Positions 18,152 to 28,830 of a stretch of DNA of 64,000 nt are shown here, one piece after another. The notes beneath the pieces were generated by a model that worked only from the letters and a program-made list of their open reading frames with translations, made no database searches and was not told where the DNA came from. Numbering within the stretch: position 1 is the stretch's first letter; each line of letters begins with the position of its first letter. Source of the DNA: an uncultured Syntrophomonadaceae bacterium. Lineage in GTDB: Bacteria; Bacillota; Dethiobacteria; DTU022. A program made the translations under genes and the position numbers. The stretch lies in the NCBI GenBank assembly GCA_964464625.1, contig CAYXKD010000006.1, forward strand, positions 1,256 to 65,255. The letters run 5' to 3'.

Positions 18152-20251
18152 TTGATAGAGGTTCCGGTAACACTGTCAACGGTGCGGCGCAGGGTTGCAT
18201 ACATGTTGTTCATCATTGTCCTGACAGTTTCCATCCTTATCGGCCGGCTGGCCTGGCTGCAAATCTTTCGATCTGAAGAACTCTACGGCGCAGCCTGGGA
18301 ACAATGGAACCGCAGCATTCCCGCGCGTTCACCCCGGGGCGCCATCTATGATCGCCAGGGGAGGATGTTTGCCGGCAGCACCACCGTGGATACGGTTGTG
18401 GCCATTCCGGCGCAGGTTGAAAATCCCGGGGAGACGGCCAAAGAGCTGGCACCCCTTCTCGGTCTGTCAGAAAGCGATCTTCACGAAAAGCTGACGATGA
18501 ATTGCAGCTCCATCTACTTAAAGCGTAAGGTGCCGCCGGAGATTTCGCAGGCGGTGCGGGAACTGAAGCTGCCGGGAATTATCTTTACGACAGAGGGGCA
18601 GCGTTATTATCCCAATGGAACTCTTGCCTCACAGCTGCTTGGTTTTGTGGGTATGGATGAGGGGCTTGCCGGGCTGGAGCTCTATTACGAGGACTACCTT
18701 AAGGGGAAAGAGGGCTATCTTCTTTTCCCTTGCGATAACCTGAACAGGCCCATACCTCACGAGATTAAGCGCTTTGTGCCGCCCAAGGAGGGGATGGATC
18801 TTTACCTGACCATCGATGAGACTATCCAGTATATCGTCGAGCGGGAACTGGCCCGGGCAATGATAGAGTTCGGGCCTAAAGGGGTCATGGCCATCGCCGC
18901 TGATCCCCACAGCGGCGCCATTCTGGCGGCAGCCTCAAAACCCGATTATGATCCGCTGCATTATGACCGTGTTGATTCAAAATACTGGGCTTTGCCGCCG
19001 GTGACCGCTTCATTTGAGCCGGGATCAACTTTTAAGCTTGTCACCCTCTGTGCCGCCATTGAAGAGGGGTTATATAATGAAAATGAATATTTTTTCTGCC
19101 GGGGATTCGCCAGCGTGGGCGGGCATAATCTGCGCTGCTGGACCGGCAGCGGCCACGGCAGCATTACCTATCTCCAGGCTGTGGAGAGTTCCTGCAACCC
19201 GGCTTTTATAAATCTGGGGCAGCGCCTGGGGGAGGAAAAACTTTTCAGCTATATCCATGCTTTTGGATACGGCGGGCTAAGCGGCATCGACTATCCCGGG
19301 GAGAGTGGCGGCCTTATCTTTGAGCCGGAGCAGGTGGGCCCGGTAGAGCTGGCCACGAGTGCTTTTGGCCAGGGGGTTTCGGTGACACCGCTACAGCAGC
19401 TGATGGCTGTTTCAGCCATTGCCAACGGGGGTTATCTGATGAAACCCTACCTGGTGAAGGAGATCTGCAATATGGAAGGGGAGATCGTCTATGAGCGGCA
19501 GCCCGAAGTTGTCCGCCAGGTAATCTCCAAAGCCACTGCCGATAAGGCCGCCTGGATCATGGAGAATGTAACCATCCGCGGCAGCGGCATGAATGCGGCC
19601 ATTGAAGGATACCGCATCGCTTCAAAAACAGGGACGGCGGAAAAAGTGGGCCCCGACGGCAGATATATATCGGGAAGCTATATTGTCTCCTTTATCGGTT
19701 TTGTTCCGGTTGAAGATCCCCGGATTGTGATCTATGTGGCTGTGGATGGGGCTACCCGGGGTCCCCAGTGGGGTTCCCAGATCGGCGCCCCCGTGTTTAA
19801 ATGGATCGCCACCGATGTGCTTACCTATATGCAGGTGCCGCCCTCGGAGATTGATGCTCCCCTTGCCGTGCCGGTGCAGGTGCCCGACCTGCAGGGGCTT
19901 AGTGTGCATGATGCGGCGGCGCAGCTTGATACGGCGGGGTTGATGTTAAGACTCGTGGGAGAAGGGCAATATATTGTTAATCAGACGCCTAAAGCGGGGG
20001 CTTCTGTCTCCCCGCAGACGGAGATAATTGTCTATCTGGGTGAAGACGATGCTTTTTCCGGAGGCACTATCAGTGTGCCCGACCTGAGCGGTTTTACCGT
20101 AAAGGATGTGGGCCAGGTGCTGAGCTGGCTGGGCCTGTACCTGGAGGCGGAAGGTTCGGGAATCGCACTGCGCCAGGAGCCTGCTCCGGGGACAGCAGTA
20201 GAGCAGGGAGAGGTGATTAAAGTGTTTTTCGGGACTCCCCTGGAGCAGTGA
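18152..20251 (+). CDS. spoVD: Class B penicillin-binding protein, SpoVD/FtsI type, with two PASTA domains
   Basis: RGAIYDR, RYYP, EPGSTFK (SxxK), SCN (SxN), KTGT, and two PASTA repeats (VPDLQG, VPDLSG). Confidence 0.88.
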   Translation: MIEVPVTLSTVRRRVAYMLFIIVLTVSILIGRLAWLQIFRSEELYGAAWEQWNRSIPARSPRGAIYDRQGRMFAGSTTVDTVVAIPAQVENPGETAKELAPLLGLSESDLHEKLTMNCSSIYLKRKVPPEISQAVRELKLPGIIFTTEGQRYYPNGTLASQLLGFVGMDEGLAGLELYYEDYLKGKEGYLLFPCDNLNRPIPHEIKRFVPPKEGMDLYLTIDETIQYIVERELARAMIEFGPKGVMAIAADPHSGAILAAASKPDYDPLHYDRVDSKYWALPPVTASFEPGSTFKLVTLCAAIEEGLYNENEYFFCRGFASVGGHNLRCWTGSGHGSITYLQAVESSCNPAFINLGQRLGEEKLFSYIHAFGYGGLSGIDYPGESGGLIFEPEQVGPVELATSAFGQGVSVTPLQQLMAVSAIANGGYLMKPYLVKEICNMEGEIVYERQPEVVRQVISKATADKAAWIMENVTIRGSGMNAAIEGYRIASKTGTAEKVGPDGRYISGSYIVSFIGFVPVEDPRIVIYVAVDGATRGPQWGSQIGAPVFKWIATDVLTYMQVPPSEIDAPLAVPVQVPDLQGLSVHDAAAQLDTAGLMLRLVGEGQYIVNQTPKAGASVSPQTEIIVYLGEDDAFSGGTISVPDLSGFTVKDVGQVLSWLGLYLEAEGSGIALRQEPAPGTAVEQGEVIKVFFGTPLEQ

Positions 20252-20349
20252 GGTGAGGAAGGCTCTGGCACAGCCTTTTTAATCCCGGAATATGATACAA
20301 TACCGGGTTGAAGGAAGGACCCGGAAAGAAACTCCGGGAGAGAGGCTGT

Positions 20350-21870
20350 ATGCGAAAAGTGCCGCTGGGTGAACTGTTAGAAGCGCTGTTATTGAAAAGC
20401 GTGGAAGGAGAGATTGCAGGTGAGGTGAGCGGATTGGCCTGCCATACCGAAAAAGTTGAGCCCGGGTCGCTCTTTTTTTCATTGGAGGGGCGCTGCGGGG
20501 AGGGGTGGCAATATGCTGAAGAGGCCTTCCGGAGGGGTGCCCTGGCCGCAGTGGTGGCGCGGGATTGCCCTCTGAAGGGCTTTCCTTTGGTGCGGGTGCC
20601 GGAGGTGAGACCGGCCATGGCGCTGCTGGCCGATCGTTTCTACGATCATCCCTCTCGCAATTTCCGCCTTATTGGAGTAACGGGCACCAACGGGAAGACA
20701 ACAACGGCTCATCTCATTGACAGGCTTTTCCAGGCCAGGGGGGAGGTCACAGGGCTGCTGGGGACAACAGGCTATCGCCTGGGAAATGATACCTTATCCG
20801 CCAGGGCGACTACTCCGGAGGCGCCGGAGCTGCAGGAGCTTTTTGCCCGGCTCTCCACCGGGGGCGCCGCTCATGTGACCATGGAGGTGTCGTCGCATGC
20901 TCTGGCCCAGGACCGCATCCTGGGCTGCCGATTTGATATTGCTGTGCTGACGAACATTACCGGTGAGCATCTTGATTTCCACAAAACCTTTGCCTCCTAT
21001 CTCAGGGCAAAAACAATGTTTTTTGCCCATATGGGGTGGAGCGGCGGCGAAAGTGAAAAGGGTCCGCGGGCGGTGGTGCTAAATGCCGATTCGCGTTGTT
21101 ACCGCTATATCAGGCGCTGGACAAAAGGGCAATATATCACTTATGGGATAGAGGCCCCGGCAGATGTGCGGGCTGAAGAAATACATTGTGGGACTGCAGG
21201 AATTGCTTTCCTGATCCGCTCTTTCGCAGGGAGCGAGTATTTCCGGCTCCCCCTGAAAGGGAGGTTCAACATTTACAATACCCTGGCCGCGATTTCGGCG
21301 GGCCTGGTGGAGGGGTTTAAACTTTCGGAGATGGCGGCCATCTTCGCTTCTTTTCCAGGTGTGCCCGGCCGCCTGGAGGCTGTGGAGGCGGGACAGGATT
21401 ATATGGTCCTTGTTGATTTTGCCCATACTCCCGACGGCCTGGCCAGTGCGCTGCAGGCGGCCCGGGAATTTACTCCGGGCCGGGTAATTACGGTCTTCGG
21501 ATGCGGTGGCGAGCGGGATCGCAGTAAGCGTCCACTCATGGGCGAGGCTGCCGGCGGCAACAGCGATCTGGTGATCCTTACTGACGACAACCCGCGGGGC
21601 GAGGTACCGGCTCAGATTTACAGCGAGGTGCTGCCGGGACTGGAGCGGTGCTTGCCCGGTGAGGGATACCGGGTGATACCGGATCGCAGGGAGGCCATCG
21701 CCGCGGCACTTGCTGCTGCAGGCAGAGGCGATCTTGTTCTTATAGCCGGCAAAGGACATGAAACAGAGCAGATCTACAATGACGACAGTTTTCCTTTTAG
21801 CGACGGGGCGGTGGCTCGGGCTCTCATCCGTTCGAGCCTGGAGAGGAGAGATGGAGGCTGTGTCAATTAA
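20350..21870 (+). CDS. murE: UDP-MurNAc-dipeptide:meso-DAP ligase
   Basis: GVTGTNGKTTT, TTPEAP, MEVSSH, VDFAHTPD, DNPR (DAP specificity), AGKGHE. Confidence 0.96.
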   Translation: MRKVPLGELLEALLLKSVEGEIAGEVSGLACHTEKVEPGSLFFSLEGRCGEGWQYAEEAFRRGALAAVVARDCPLKGFPLVRVPEVRPAMALLADRFYDHPSRNFRLIGVTGTNGKTTTAHLIDRLFQARGEVTGLLGTTGYRLGNDTLSARATTPEAPELQELFARLSTGGAAHVTMEVSSHALAQDRILGCRFDIAVLTNITGEHLDFHKTFASYLRAKTMFFAHMGWSGGESEKGPRAVVLNADSRCYRYIRRWTKGQYITYGIEAPADVRAEEIHCGTAGIAFLIRSFAGSEYFRLPLKGRFNIYNTLAAISAGLVEGFKLSEMAAIFASFPGVPGRLEAVEAGQDYMVLVDFAHTPDGLASALQAAREFTPGRVITVFGCGGERDRSKRPLMGEAAGGNSDLVILTDDNPRGEVPAQIYSEVLPGLERCLPGEGYRVIPDRREAIAAALAAAGRGDLVLIAGKGHETEQIYNDDSFPFSDGAVARALIRSSLERRDGGCVN

Positions 21871-23248
21871 AGGAGCAGAGCTGATAAAGGCCTGCCGGGG
21901 TGAGCTGCTTCAGGGTGATCCGGAGCGGAACCTCACCGGCTTCTCCATTGATTCCCGGTGTATCCGCCAGGGTGACTTCTTTGTGCCGCTGCGTGGTGAA
22001 AAAGATGACGGGCATCTTTATGTACCCGGCGCCATTGCCGCGGGGGCAGCGGGATCTTTTTATGCCCTCCGCCCGTTACCCCATTTGCCGCCGCAAGCCC
22101 TGCTTATCGGGGTTCCCCATGTACTGGCTGCGCTGCAGCAGGCGGGCGCTTTTCACCGGCGCCGTTTCACCCTGCCGGTAATCGGGGTTACCGGAAGCAG
22201 CGGGAAAACCACAACGAAGGATTTAATTGCAAGCGTCCTCTCCGGCGGAATGAAGGTTTTAAAGACTGAGGGGAATTTGAATAACGAAATTGGCCTTCCC
22301 CTGACCCTGCTGCGCCTTGATGAAAGCTGCCGGGCAGCGGTGTTGGAGATGGCGATGAGTGCGCCGGGGGAGATCGCAGAACTGGCGCAGTGGGCTCTTC
22401 CCGATATCGGGGTGATCACCAATGTGGGCGAAGCCCACATTGGAATGCTGGGCAGCATATCTGCCATCGCTGCAGCAAAGGAGGAGCTGCTCCACGCCAT
22501 CGGCCCCGGAGGCACGGCTGTTCTCAATGGAGAGGACCCGCACCTCAGGGAGATGGCCGCGCATTTTGACGGAAAAGTATTTACATATGGATTTAAACAG
22601 GGTGATATCAGGGCAACATCCCTGCTGATGCAGGGGGAGGGCAGCGTATTTGAGGTGACTTTTCCCAATGGTGAGGTGGGGAGTTTTAGCCTTCCCTTTC
22701 CCGGGCGTCACTTTGTAAGCAATGCCCTGGCTGCTCTTGCTGTGGGCTATATTCTGGGGTTAACGGTGCTGCAAATGCAGGAAGGCCTGAGTAAAAGCGA
22801 GCTCACTGCAGGACGGATGGAGCTACTTACGAATCGTGCCGGGCTAAAGATAATTGATGATAGCTACAATGCCAATCCAGATTCAATGCGGGCGGCGCTG
22901 GAGGCGCTCCGGGATCTGGGCGGGGTCAATTCCATTGCTGTTCTGGGGGACATGTTTGAGCTTGGCTCTGTGGCACTGCAGGTGCACCGCGAAATAGGGG
23001 ACTATGCGGGGCACTGCCGTATTGGAGCGCTTGTTACTGTGGGTGAATTGGCAGCGGAGTTCGCCGCCGGTGCCCGGGGGAAGGGTCTTCCCGCTGAGGC
23101 CTGCCGCAGCCACGCCGGAGCAGTCGCCGCGATAAAAAAATTTTTACCGGCAAATTGTGCGGGATGGTATATCCTGGTAAAAGGGTCGCGGGGTATGCGC
23201 ATGGAAACAATTGTCGATGAATTGATGGAGATGCCCGGGGGGGATTGA
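21851..23248 (+). CDS. murF: UDP-MurNAc-tripeptide:D-Ala-D-Ala ligase
   Basis: IDSR, GVTGSSGKTTTKD, NLNNEIGLP, DDSYNANPDSM, LGDMFELG, VKGSRGM. Confidence 0.96.
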   Translation: MEAVSIKGAELIKACRGELLQGDPERNLTGFSIDSRCIRQGDFFVPLRGEKDDGHLYVPGAIAAGAAGSFYALRPLPHLPPQALLIGVPHVLAALQQAGAFHRRRFTLPVIGVTGSSGKTTTKDLIASVLSGGMKVLKTEGNLNNEIGLPLTLLRLDESCRAAVLEMAMSAPGEIAELAQWALPDIGVITNVGEAHIGMLGSISAIAAAKEELLHAIGPGGTAVLNGEDPHLREMAAHFDGKVFTYGFKQGDIRATSLLMQGEGSVFEVTFPNGEVGSFSLPFPGRHFVSNALAALAVGYILGLTVLQMQEGLSKSELTAGRMELLTNRAGLKIIDDSYNANPDSMRAALEALRDLGGVNSIAVLGDMFELGSVALQVHREIGDYAGHCRIGALVTVGELAAEFAAGARGKGLPAEACRSHAGAVAAIKKFLPANCAGWYILVKGSRGMRMETIVDELMEMPGGD

Positions 23249-23251
23249 GCA

Positions 23252-24211
23252 GTGCAAAAAGAGATTTTGCAGACAGTGCTGATAGCTTTTGCAATCAGCG
23301 TTATAGTCTGTCCTCTCTACATCAGGATGCAGCGGCGTCGCCGGCTGGGCCAGCAGATCCGCATTGATGGCCCCAGCCGCCACCTGAAGAAGGCGGGGAC
23401 ACCAACCTCGGGCGGTGTGGTTTTCCTTATTTCCGCTCTGTGCGCCCTCCTTATTGCGGGCAAGTTCAACATCCGCCTTTGGCTTGCCCTAGTGCTAACC
23501 CTGGGCAGTGCTTTCATAGGGTGGCTCGACGATTACATGAAGATGGTGCACGGCTCATCGCTGGGCTTAAAAGCGCGTGACAAGATTTCCGGACAGGCTC
23601 TGCTTACCATATTTTTTACTGCTTTGCTCTATCTTTTCGGAGAGTACAATTCTGCGGTAGAGCTGCCTTTTAGCAATATAACCATTGAGATGGGCTGGTT
23701 TTATCCCGTCTTTATCTTTGTAATTATTATTTCAACTGTAAATGCCGTCAACCTTACTGACGGCATCGATGGATTGGCTACCGGAACAGCGATTATCGCA
23801 CTGCTGGCCTTTCTCTATATTGCCCTGGAGAGCGCTCTTCCCAGCCTGGTTCTCTTCTGCGGGGCACTTATCGGAGCTTCTTTTGGCTTTCTTTTGTACA
23901 ACCTCCACCCGGCCCGTATATTTATGGGCGACGCCGGTTCACTGGGCCTGGGCGGTGCCCTCGCCGCGGTGGCCATCCTGACGAAAGCGGAATTTCTGCT
24001 GGTGGTGATCGGGGGGATCTATGTAATCGAGGCAATCTCCGTAATCCTACAGGTTTTAAGTTTTCAACTGGCAGGGCGGCGTATCCTCTTGATGGCTCCA
24101 TTGCACCATCATTTTGAACTTAAGGGATGGAGCGAGTGGCGGGTGGTAATCGCTTTCTGGGGGGTAACTTTTATTTTTGCCCTGATCGGGCTTCTCGAAT
24201 GGCGGTTGTAA
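23252..24211 (+). CDS. mraY: Phospho-MurNAc-pentapeptide transferase
   Basis: KAGTPTSGG, GWLDDY, NAVNLTDGIDGL, FMGDAGS, MAPLHHHFEL. Confidence 0.97.
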   Translation: MQKEILQTVLIAFAISVIVCPLYIRMQRRRRLGQQIRIDGPSRHLKKAGTPTSGGVVFLISALCALLIAGKFNIRLWLALVLTLGSAFIGWLDDYMKMVHGSSLGLKARDKISGQALLTIFFTALLYLFGEYNSAVELPFSNITIEMGWFYPVFIFVIIISTVNAVNLTDGIDGLATGTAIIALLAFLYIALESALPSLVLFCGALIGASFGFLLYNLHPARIFMGDAGSLGLGGALAAVAILTKAEFLLVVIGGIYVIEAISVILQVLSFQLAGRRILLMAPLHHHFELKGWSEWRVVIAFWGVTFIFALIGLLEWRL

Positions 24212-24234
24212 TGTGAAGAGAGGGGCTGTGATGG

Positions 24235-25629
24235 TTGATCGATCTCATTCGTGAGGGAACTGTCATCGTGGTGGGGCTTGCCCGCAGCGGGATAGCTGCG
24301 GCAAAGCTGCTGGCAGGGCTGGGAGCCTCCAGGATGATCCTTAATGACAGCCGGCCCGCCGCCGAACTGGAGCAGGAGCTGAACCTGTTGAAAAACTACG
24401 GTTGCCTGGAGGTGGTGACAGGGGGCAACCCGCCGGAACTGGTTGCTCCCGGAGTAACCCTGGTGATCAAAAGCCCGGGAATTCCGCCGGGACTGGAGCT
24501 GTTTAAAAGATCGGCAGCGTTGCAAATACCGGTTTTATCCGAGATCGAGCTGGCATATGCTTTTATAAAAGCCCCCATCGTCGGGATTACAGGGAGCAAT
24601 GGGAAGACCACAACCACTGCGCTGGTGGCGGAGATGCTTGCCGAAGCCCGCTTCAACAATACCATGGCTGCCGGCAATATCGGGGTTCCGCTCTGCGAGG
24701 CTGTGGGCCGTACAGATGGGGCGGGAGCAGTGGTGGCGGAGTTGAGCAGTTTTCAGCTTGCCGACATCCTGAATTTTCGGCCGGCGGTAGCTCTGTTTTT
24801 GAATTTTTCGGAGGATCATATTGATTATCACGGCAGCGTGGAAGGATACTACCGTGCCAAGGTGCGTCTGTTCGAGAATCAGGGGGCGGGTGATTTTGCG
24901 GTGCTCAATGCTTCCGATCCTGCCGTTGCCCGGCTGGAGGAGGATGTGCGGGCAGAGCTGCTCTGGTTTGCCCGCGGTCCGGTGAAGCGCGGGGCAGGTA
25001 TCGCTGAGGGGCAGGTGGCTCTCTTTAATGATGGCCGGACCGTTGCATTTATCTGTCCTGCAGGCGAGGTGGCCTTGCCGGGTGAGCATAACCTGGAGAA
25101 TGCCCTTGCTGCTGCTGCTGCGGCCTGGGCGGCCGGTGCGGCGCCGGAGGCGATCGGCAGGGTGCTCCGCCGGTTTAAAGCCATTGCCCACCGCCTTGAA
25201 TTTGTGGCTGAGATAGGCGGTGTAGAGTTCATCAACGATTCAAAAGGGACTAATCCGGGGGCTGTGATCAGGGCGCTGCGATCATTTCCCGGGAAAAAGA
25301 AAATCCTCATCGCCGGGGGCAGGGATAAGGGGAGCGATTTTTCGGAACTGGCTCAGGTAATTAGGAAGGAGGTAAAGGCGCTGATTCTCTTTGGGGAATC
25401 CAGGGCTAAACTGGCCCGGGCAGCTGCCGAAGCGGGATTTACTGCCTTTTATGAGGCAGTTACGCTGGGGGAAGCAGTGGTAGAAGCCTGGTCCCGTGCC
25501 CGGCCCGGGGAGATGGTTCTGCTCTCACCTGCCTGCACCAGTTGGGATCAGTTTACCGATTACGAGGCCCGGGGGGAGCATTTCAAGGAGCTGGTTTATC
25601 AATTGTGCGAGAAAGAAGGCAAAGCATGA
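24235..25629 (+). CDS. murD: UDP-MurNAc-L-Ala:D-Glu ligase
   Basis: GLARSG, GITGSNGKTTTT, ELSSFQL, HRLE, NDSKGTN, LSPACTSWDQF. Confidence 0.96.
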   Translation: MIDLIREGTVIVVGLARSGIAAAKLLAGLGASRMILNDSRPAAELEQELNLLKNYGCLEVVTGGNPPELVAPGVTLVIKSPGIPPGLELFKRSAALQIPVLSEIELAYAFIKAPIVGITGSNGKTTTTALVAEMLAEARFNNTMAAGNIGVPLCEAVGRTDGAGAVVAELSSFQLADILNFRPAVALFLNFSEDHIDYHGSVEGYYRAKVRLFENQGAGDFAVLNASDPAVARLEEDVRAELLWFARGPVKRGAGIAEGQVALFNDGRTVAFICPAGEVALPGEHNLENALAAAAAAWAAGAAPEAIGRVLRRFKAIAHRLEFVAEIGGVEFINDSKGTNPGAVIRALRSFPGKKKILIAGGRDKGSDFSELAQVIRKEVKALILFGESRAKLARAAAEAGFTAFYEAVTLGEAVVEAWSRARPGEMVLLSPACTSWDQFTDYEARGEHFKELVYQLCEKEGKA

Positions 25630-26729
25630 AAAAGAAAGAGCGCCGCGATCCCGATTATGCGCTGGTCCTGGTAACATTTCTGCTGCTGGGGATCGGTCTT
25701 GTGATGATCTTCAGCGCCAGCTATATCATCGCCGAAGAGGAGCAGGGTGATCCTTATTATTTTCTGCGGCGCCAGGCGATCTGGATAGCTCTGGGCCTGG
25801 TTACGATGTATTTCGTCTCCCGGGTAGATTACTGGAAGCTGCGCCGCCTTTCACCTATACTCATTCTGTTCAGTTTTGTTATCCTTGTTTTTATCTTTAC
25901 GGGACTGGGCACCGATATGGGGACGGGTGCAAAACGCTGGCTCATCCTGGGCGCTTTTACCTTTCAACCTGCCGAATTCTGCAAGCTTTCTTTTGTTCTT
26001 TTTACCGCTGCCTTCATGAGCAGCCGCAACCTGAGGATAAAGAAATTCTGGTCGAGCAGTTTCATCCCTCTGATGCTGGCGGGGGCTGCTTTCCTCCTGA
26101 TTATCAAACAACCCGACCTGGGCAGTGCCCTGATTCTATTGGTAGGTACTGTTGTAATCATCCTGCTTGCAGGGATGCCTTTCAAGCATGCCCTTATGCT
26201 GGGGCTCGTCTCACTGCCAGCCCTGGTGCTTATTACCATAAGCAAGCCTTACCGGCTCGAGCGTCTTTTTGCTTTCAGGGATCCCTGGGCTGATCCCAGC
26301 GATACAGGATATCATATTATTCAATCTCTTTATGCCCTGGGGCCGGGCTATTTATTTGGGGTGGGGCTGGGGCGGAGCCGTCAGAAGCTCTACTACCTGC
26401 CTTTTCCGTATAATGATTTTATCTTCGCCGTTATCGGCGAAGAACTTGGTTTTGTCGGCGCTACAGTGGTTCTGCTGCTATTTTTTGTGCTCATGTGGCG
26501 CGGTTTGAAAATCTCGTTAACGGCGCCCGATACCTTCGGGAGCCTGCTGGCCGCTGGAATTACGGCCATGCTGGCTTTGCAGGTGCTAATCAATATCGGC
26601 ATGGTTACAGGCTCGCTGCCTGTGACGGGCATCAACCTGCCGCTTATCAGCGCCGGAGGAAGTTCGGTATTCTTTAACCTTGTAAGCCTGGGAATTCTGC
26701 TGAATGTTTCGCGGCACTGCCAGCAGTAA
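25626..26729 (+). CDS. spoVE: SEDS peptidoglycan polymerase FtsW/SpoVE
   Basis: GAKRW, FQPAEF, QPDLG, GYHIIQS, DFIFAVIGEELG, PLISAGGSS. Start set at the ATG at 25626. Confidence 0.9.
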   Translation: MKKKERRDPDYALVLVTFLLLGIGLVMIFSASYIIAEEEQGDPYYFLRRQAIWIALGLVTMYFVSRVDYWKLRRLSPILILFSFVILVFIFTGLGTDMGTGAKRWLILGAFTFQPAEFCKLSFVLFTAAFMSSRNLRIKKFWSSSFIPLMLAGAAFLLIIKQPDLGSALILLVGTVVIILLAGMPFKHALMLGLVSLPALVLITISKPYRLERLFAFRDPWADPSDTGYHIIQSLYALGPGYLFGVGLGRSRQKLYYLPFPYNDFIFAVIGEELGFVGATVVLLLFFVLMWRGLKISLTAPDTFGSLLAAGITAMLALQVLINIGMVTGSLPVTGINLPLISAGGSSVFFNLVSLGILLNVSRHCQQ

Positions 26730-26757
26730 GCCAGGCAAGAAGGGAGGGCAAAAGCCG

Positions 26758-27861
26758 GTGCGGATGATCATTACCGGGGGTGGGACAGGCGGTCATATCT
26801 ACCCCGCTCTTGCTGTGGCGCGCTATGTCAGGGAGCAGAATCCTTCGGCGAAGCTTCTTTACGTGGGCAGCGCAAAGGGGCTGGAAATGAAAATTGTCCC
26901 TGCAGCGGGTTTTGATCTGGAGACGGTCCCGGCAAGCGGTTTCGGGCGAAGCCTGCGTCATCTCGGGCCTTTCACCCGCGATCTGATGCGAGGCCTTTCC
27001 AGAGCCCGCCGGATTATGGCCTCCTTTCAGCCCGATGTTGTCTTCGGCACAGGCGGCTATGTTTCGGCTCCGGTGATGCTGGCGGCGCTGCTGGCAGGGC
27101 GCCCGGCAGCGTTGCATGAACAGAATGCGCAGCCCGGTCTGGCAAATCGCATGCTTGCGCCGCTGGTGCAGCGGGTCTGCCTCTCTTTTGAGGAGTCGCG
27201 CAGTGCTTTCCCGCGCCGCAGCAGGATTGTCTTTACGGGCAACCCCCGTGCCAGTGAAGTGACTGCGGTGGATCGCGCTGCAGCACAGGATAAGCTAAAA
27301 ATAGATCCATCTTTGAAGACGATTCTTATTTACGGTGGCAGCCGGGGGGCTTTAAAAATCAACAAGGTGGTTGTTGATTTGCTTAAGGATGGCCGGCTTC
27401 CGCCGGCAACGCAGCTTATTTACATAACTGGCGAGATCTACTACGAGCAGGTCAGAGAGCAGCTGGGATTTTTGCCGCAAAGGGGCCGCCTTTATCCCTA
27501 TTTAGATGAAATGCCCGCCGCACTGGCTGCTGCGGACCTGGTGGTTACCCGCGCCGGTGCCACCACCATGGCTGAAATTACCGCCCTGGGGCTTCCGGCA
27601 ATACTCATACCCTCGCCCAATGTGGTGAACAACCACCAGTACCACAATGCCCGCCTTCTGGAGAAAGCGGGAGCGGCGCTGCTCATTGAAGAGAAAGATT
27701 TCAATTCCTACCGTCTGCAGCGCGAACTGGGCAGGCTCAGTGCAGATGAGGCTTTGCTGGAGCGAATGGCCCGGGCCGGGGCGAAGCTGGCTGTCCCCGA
27801 TGCTTCTTCGCGACTCTACCGCTGCTTATGTGAAATAGCGGGGGCGGCAGGGGAAAACTAA
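26758..27861 (+). CDS. murG: Lipid I N-acetylglucosaminyl transferase
   Basis: TGGGTGGHIYPA, GTGGYVS, HEQNA, GNPR, GGSRGA, RAGATT, HQYHNA. Confidence 0.97.
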   Translation: MRMIITGGGTGGHIYPALAVARYVREQNPSAKLLYVGSAKGLEMKIVPAAGFDLETVPASGFGRSLRHLGPFTRDLMRGLSRARRIMASFQPDVVFGTGGYVSAPVMLAALLAGRPAALHEQNAQPGLANRMLAPLVQRVCLSFEESRSAFPRRSRIVFTGNPRASEVTAVDRAAAQDKLKIDPSLKTILIYGGSRGALKINKVVVDLLKDGRLPPATQLIYITGEIYYEQVREQLGFLPQRGRLYPYLDEMPAALAAADLVVTRAGATTMAEITALGLPAILIPSPNVVNNHQYHNARLLEKAGAALLIEEKDFNSYRLQRELGRLSADEALLERMARAGAKLAVPDASSRLYRCLCEIAGAAGEN

Positions 27862-27913
27862 CATAAAGAGCTGCTTGCGCATAGAATAAATTACCCTGAT
27901 GGAGGGCTGAACT

Positions 27914-28810
27914 TTGAATGTGGAGCAAGAGCTGGGTCCGCGTCTCAGTGCCGGGATAAAAAAAGATGAACCCATGTCGCTACATACATCATGGCGGGCC
28001 GGGGGGTGTGCAGATTACTACGCCGTCCCCGCAAACAGGGATGAACTGCTCGAGATTGTCCGCTTTGCAGATCGAAGGGGACTGCCGCTTTTTGTGCTGG
28101 GTAAGGGAACGAACCTGCTGGTGCGCGACGGTGGTATCAGAGGGCTGGTGGTTCAGATTGGTGAGCCTTTCAGCTATATTCACCGGGAAGGGGAATCTCT
28201 GCGGGCAGGTTCGGGAACGCTGCTGACCTCCCTGGCTCATGCAGCGGTCAAAGAGAGATTGCGCGGTCTCAGCTTTGCCGCCGGTATTCCCGGCTCACTG
28301 GGAGGTGCCCTGGTGATGAATGCAGGCGCTTTCGGCAACTATATGGGAGCCCTGGTACAGGAGGTTACCATGATCCGCCCCGGGGGTGATCTGTTCTGCC
28401 TGAGACGGGAGAATATTGTTTTCAGTTACCGTGAAAGCAATCTGTCCGGCCAGGGAATCATCGTGGAGGCACTGCTCAAGCTGGAGGAGGGGGATGGAGA
28501 GAGCCTGCAGAGAGAAGTAGATCACTTCTTTGCCGAAAGGCGGCGCCGCCACCCCTCACTGCCCAATGCCGGCAGCGTTTTTCGCAATCCTCCCGGTAAT
28601 CCTGCGGGGGGACTCATAGAGGCTGCAGGCTGCAAGGGACTTTCCGCAGGAACCGCCCGGGTTTCCGAGAAGCATGCCAACTTTATTGTCAATGAAGGCG
28701 GGGCTTCTGCCGGGGACATTGAAACTCTTATCGAGGCGGTGCGGAGGAAGGTGAAAGAGAGGTTCGGCATAGAGCTGCAGACGGAAGTCAGGGTTATAGG
28801 TGAGAGATAA
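27914..28810 (+). CDS. murB: UDP-N-acetylenolpyruvoylglucosamine reductase
   Basis: HTSWRAGG, GKGTNLLV, GIPGSLGGALVMNAGA, NAGSVFRNP, HANFIVN. Confidence 0.96.
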   Translation: MNVEQELGPRLSAGIKKDEPMSLHTSWRAGGCADYYAVPANRDELLEIVRFADRRGLPLFVLGKGTNLLVRDGGIRGLVVQIGEPFSYIHREGESLRAGSGTLLTSLAHAAVKERLRGLSFAAGIPGSLGGALVMNAGAFGNYMGALVQEVTMIRPGGDLFCLRRENIVFSYRESNLSGQGIIVEALLKLEEGDGESLQREVDHFFAERRRRHPSLPNAGSVFRNPPGNPAGGLIEAAGCKGLSAGTARVSEKHANFIVNEGGASAGDIETLIEAVRRKVKERFGIELQTEVRVIGER

Positions 28811-28830
28811 ACATATGGGAGTGGAATTGT

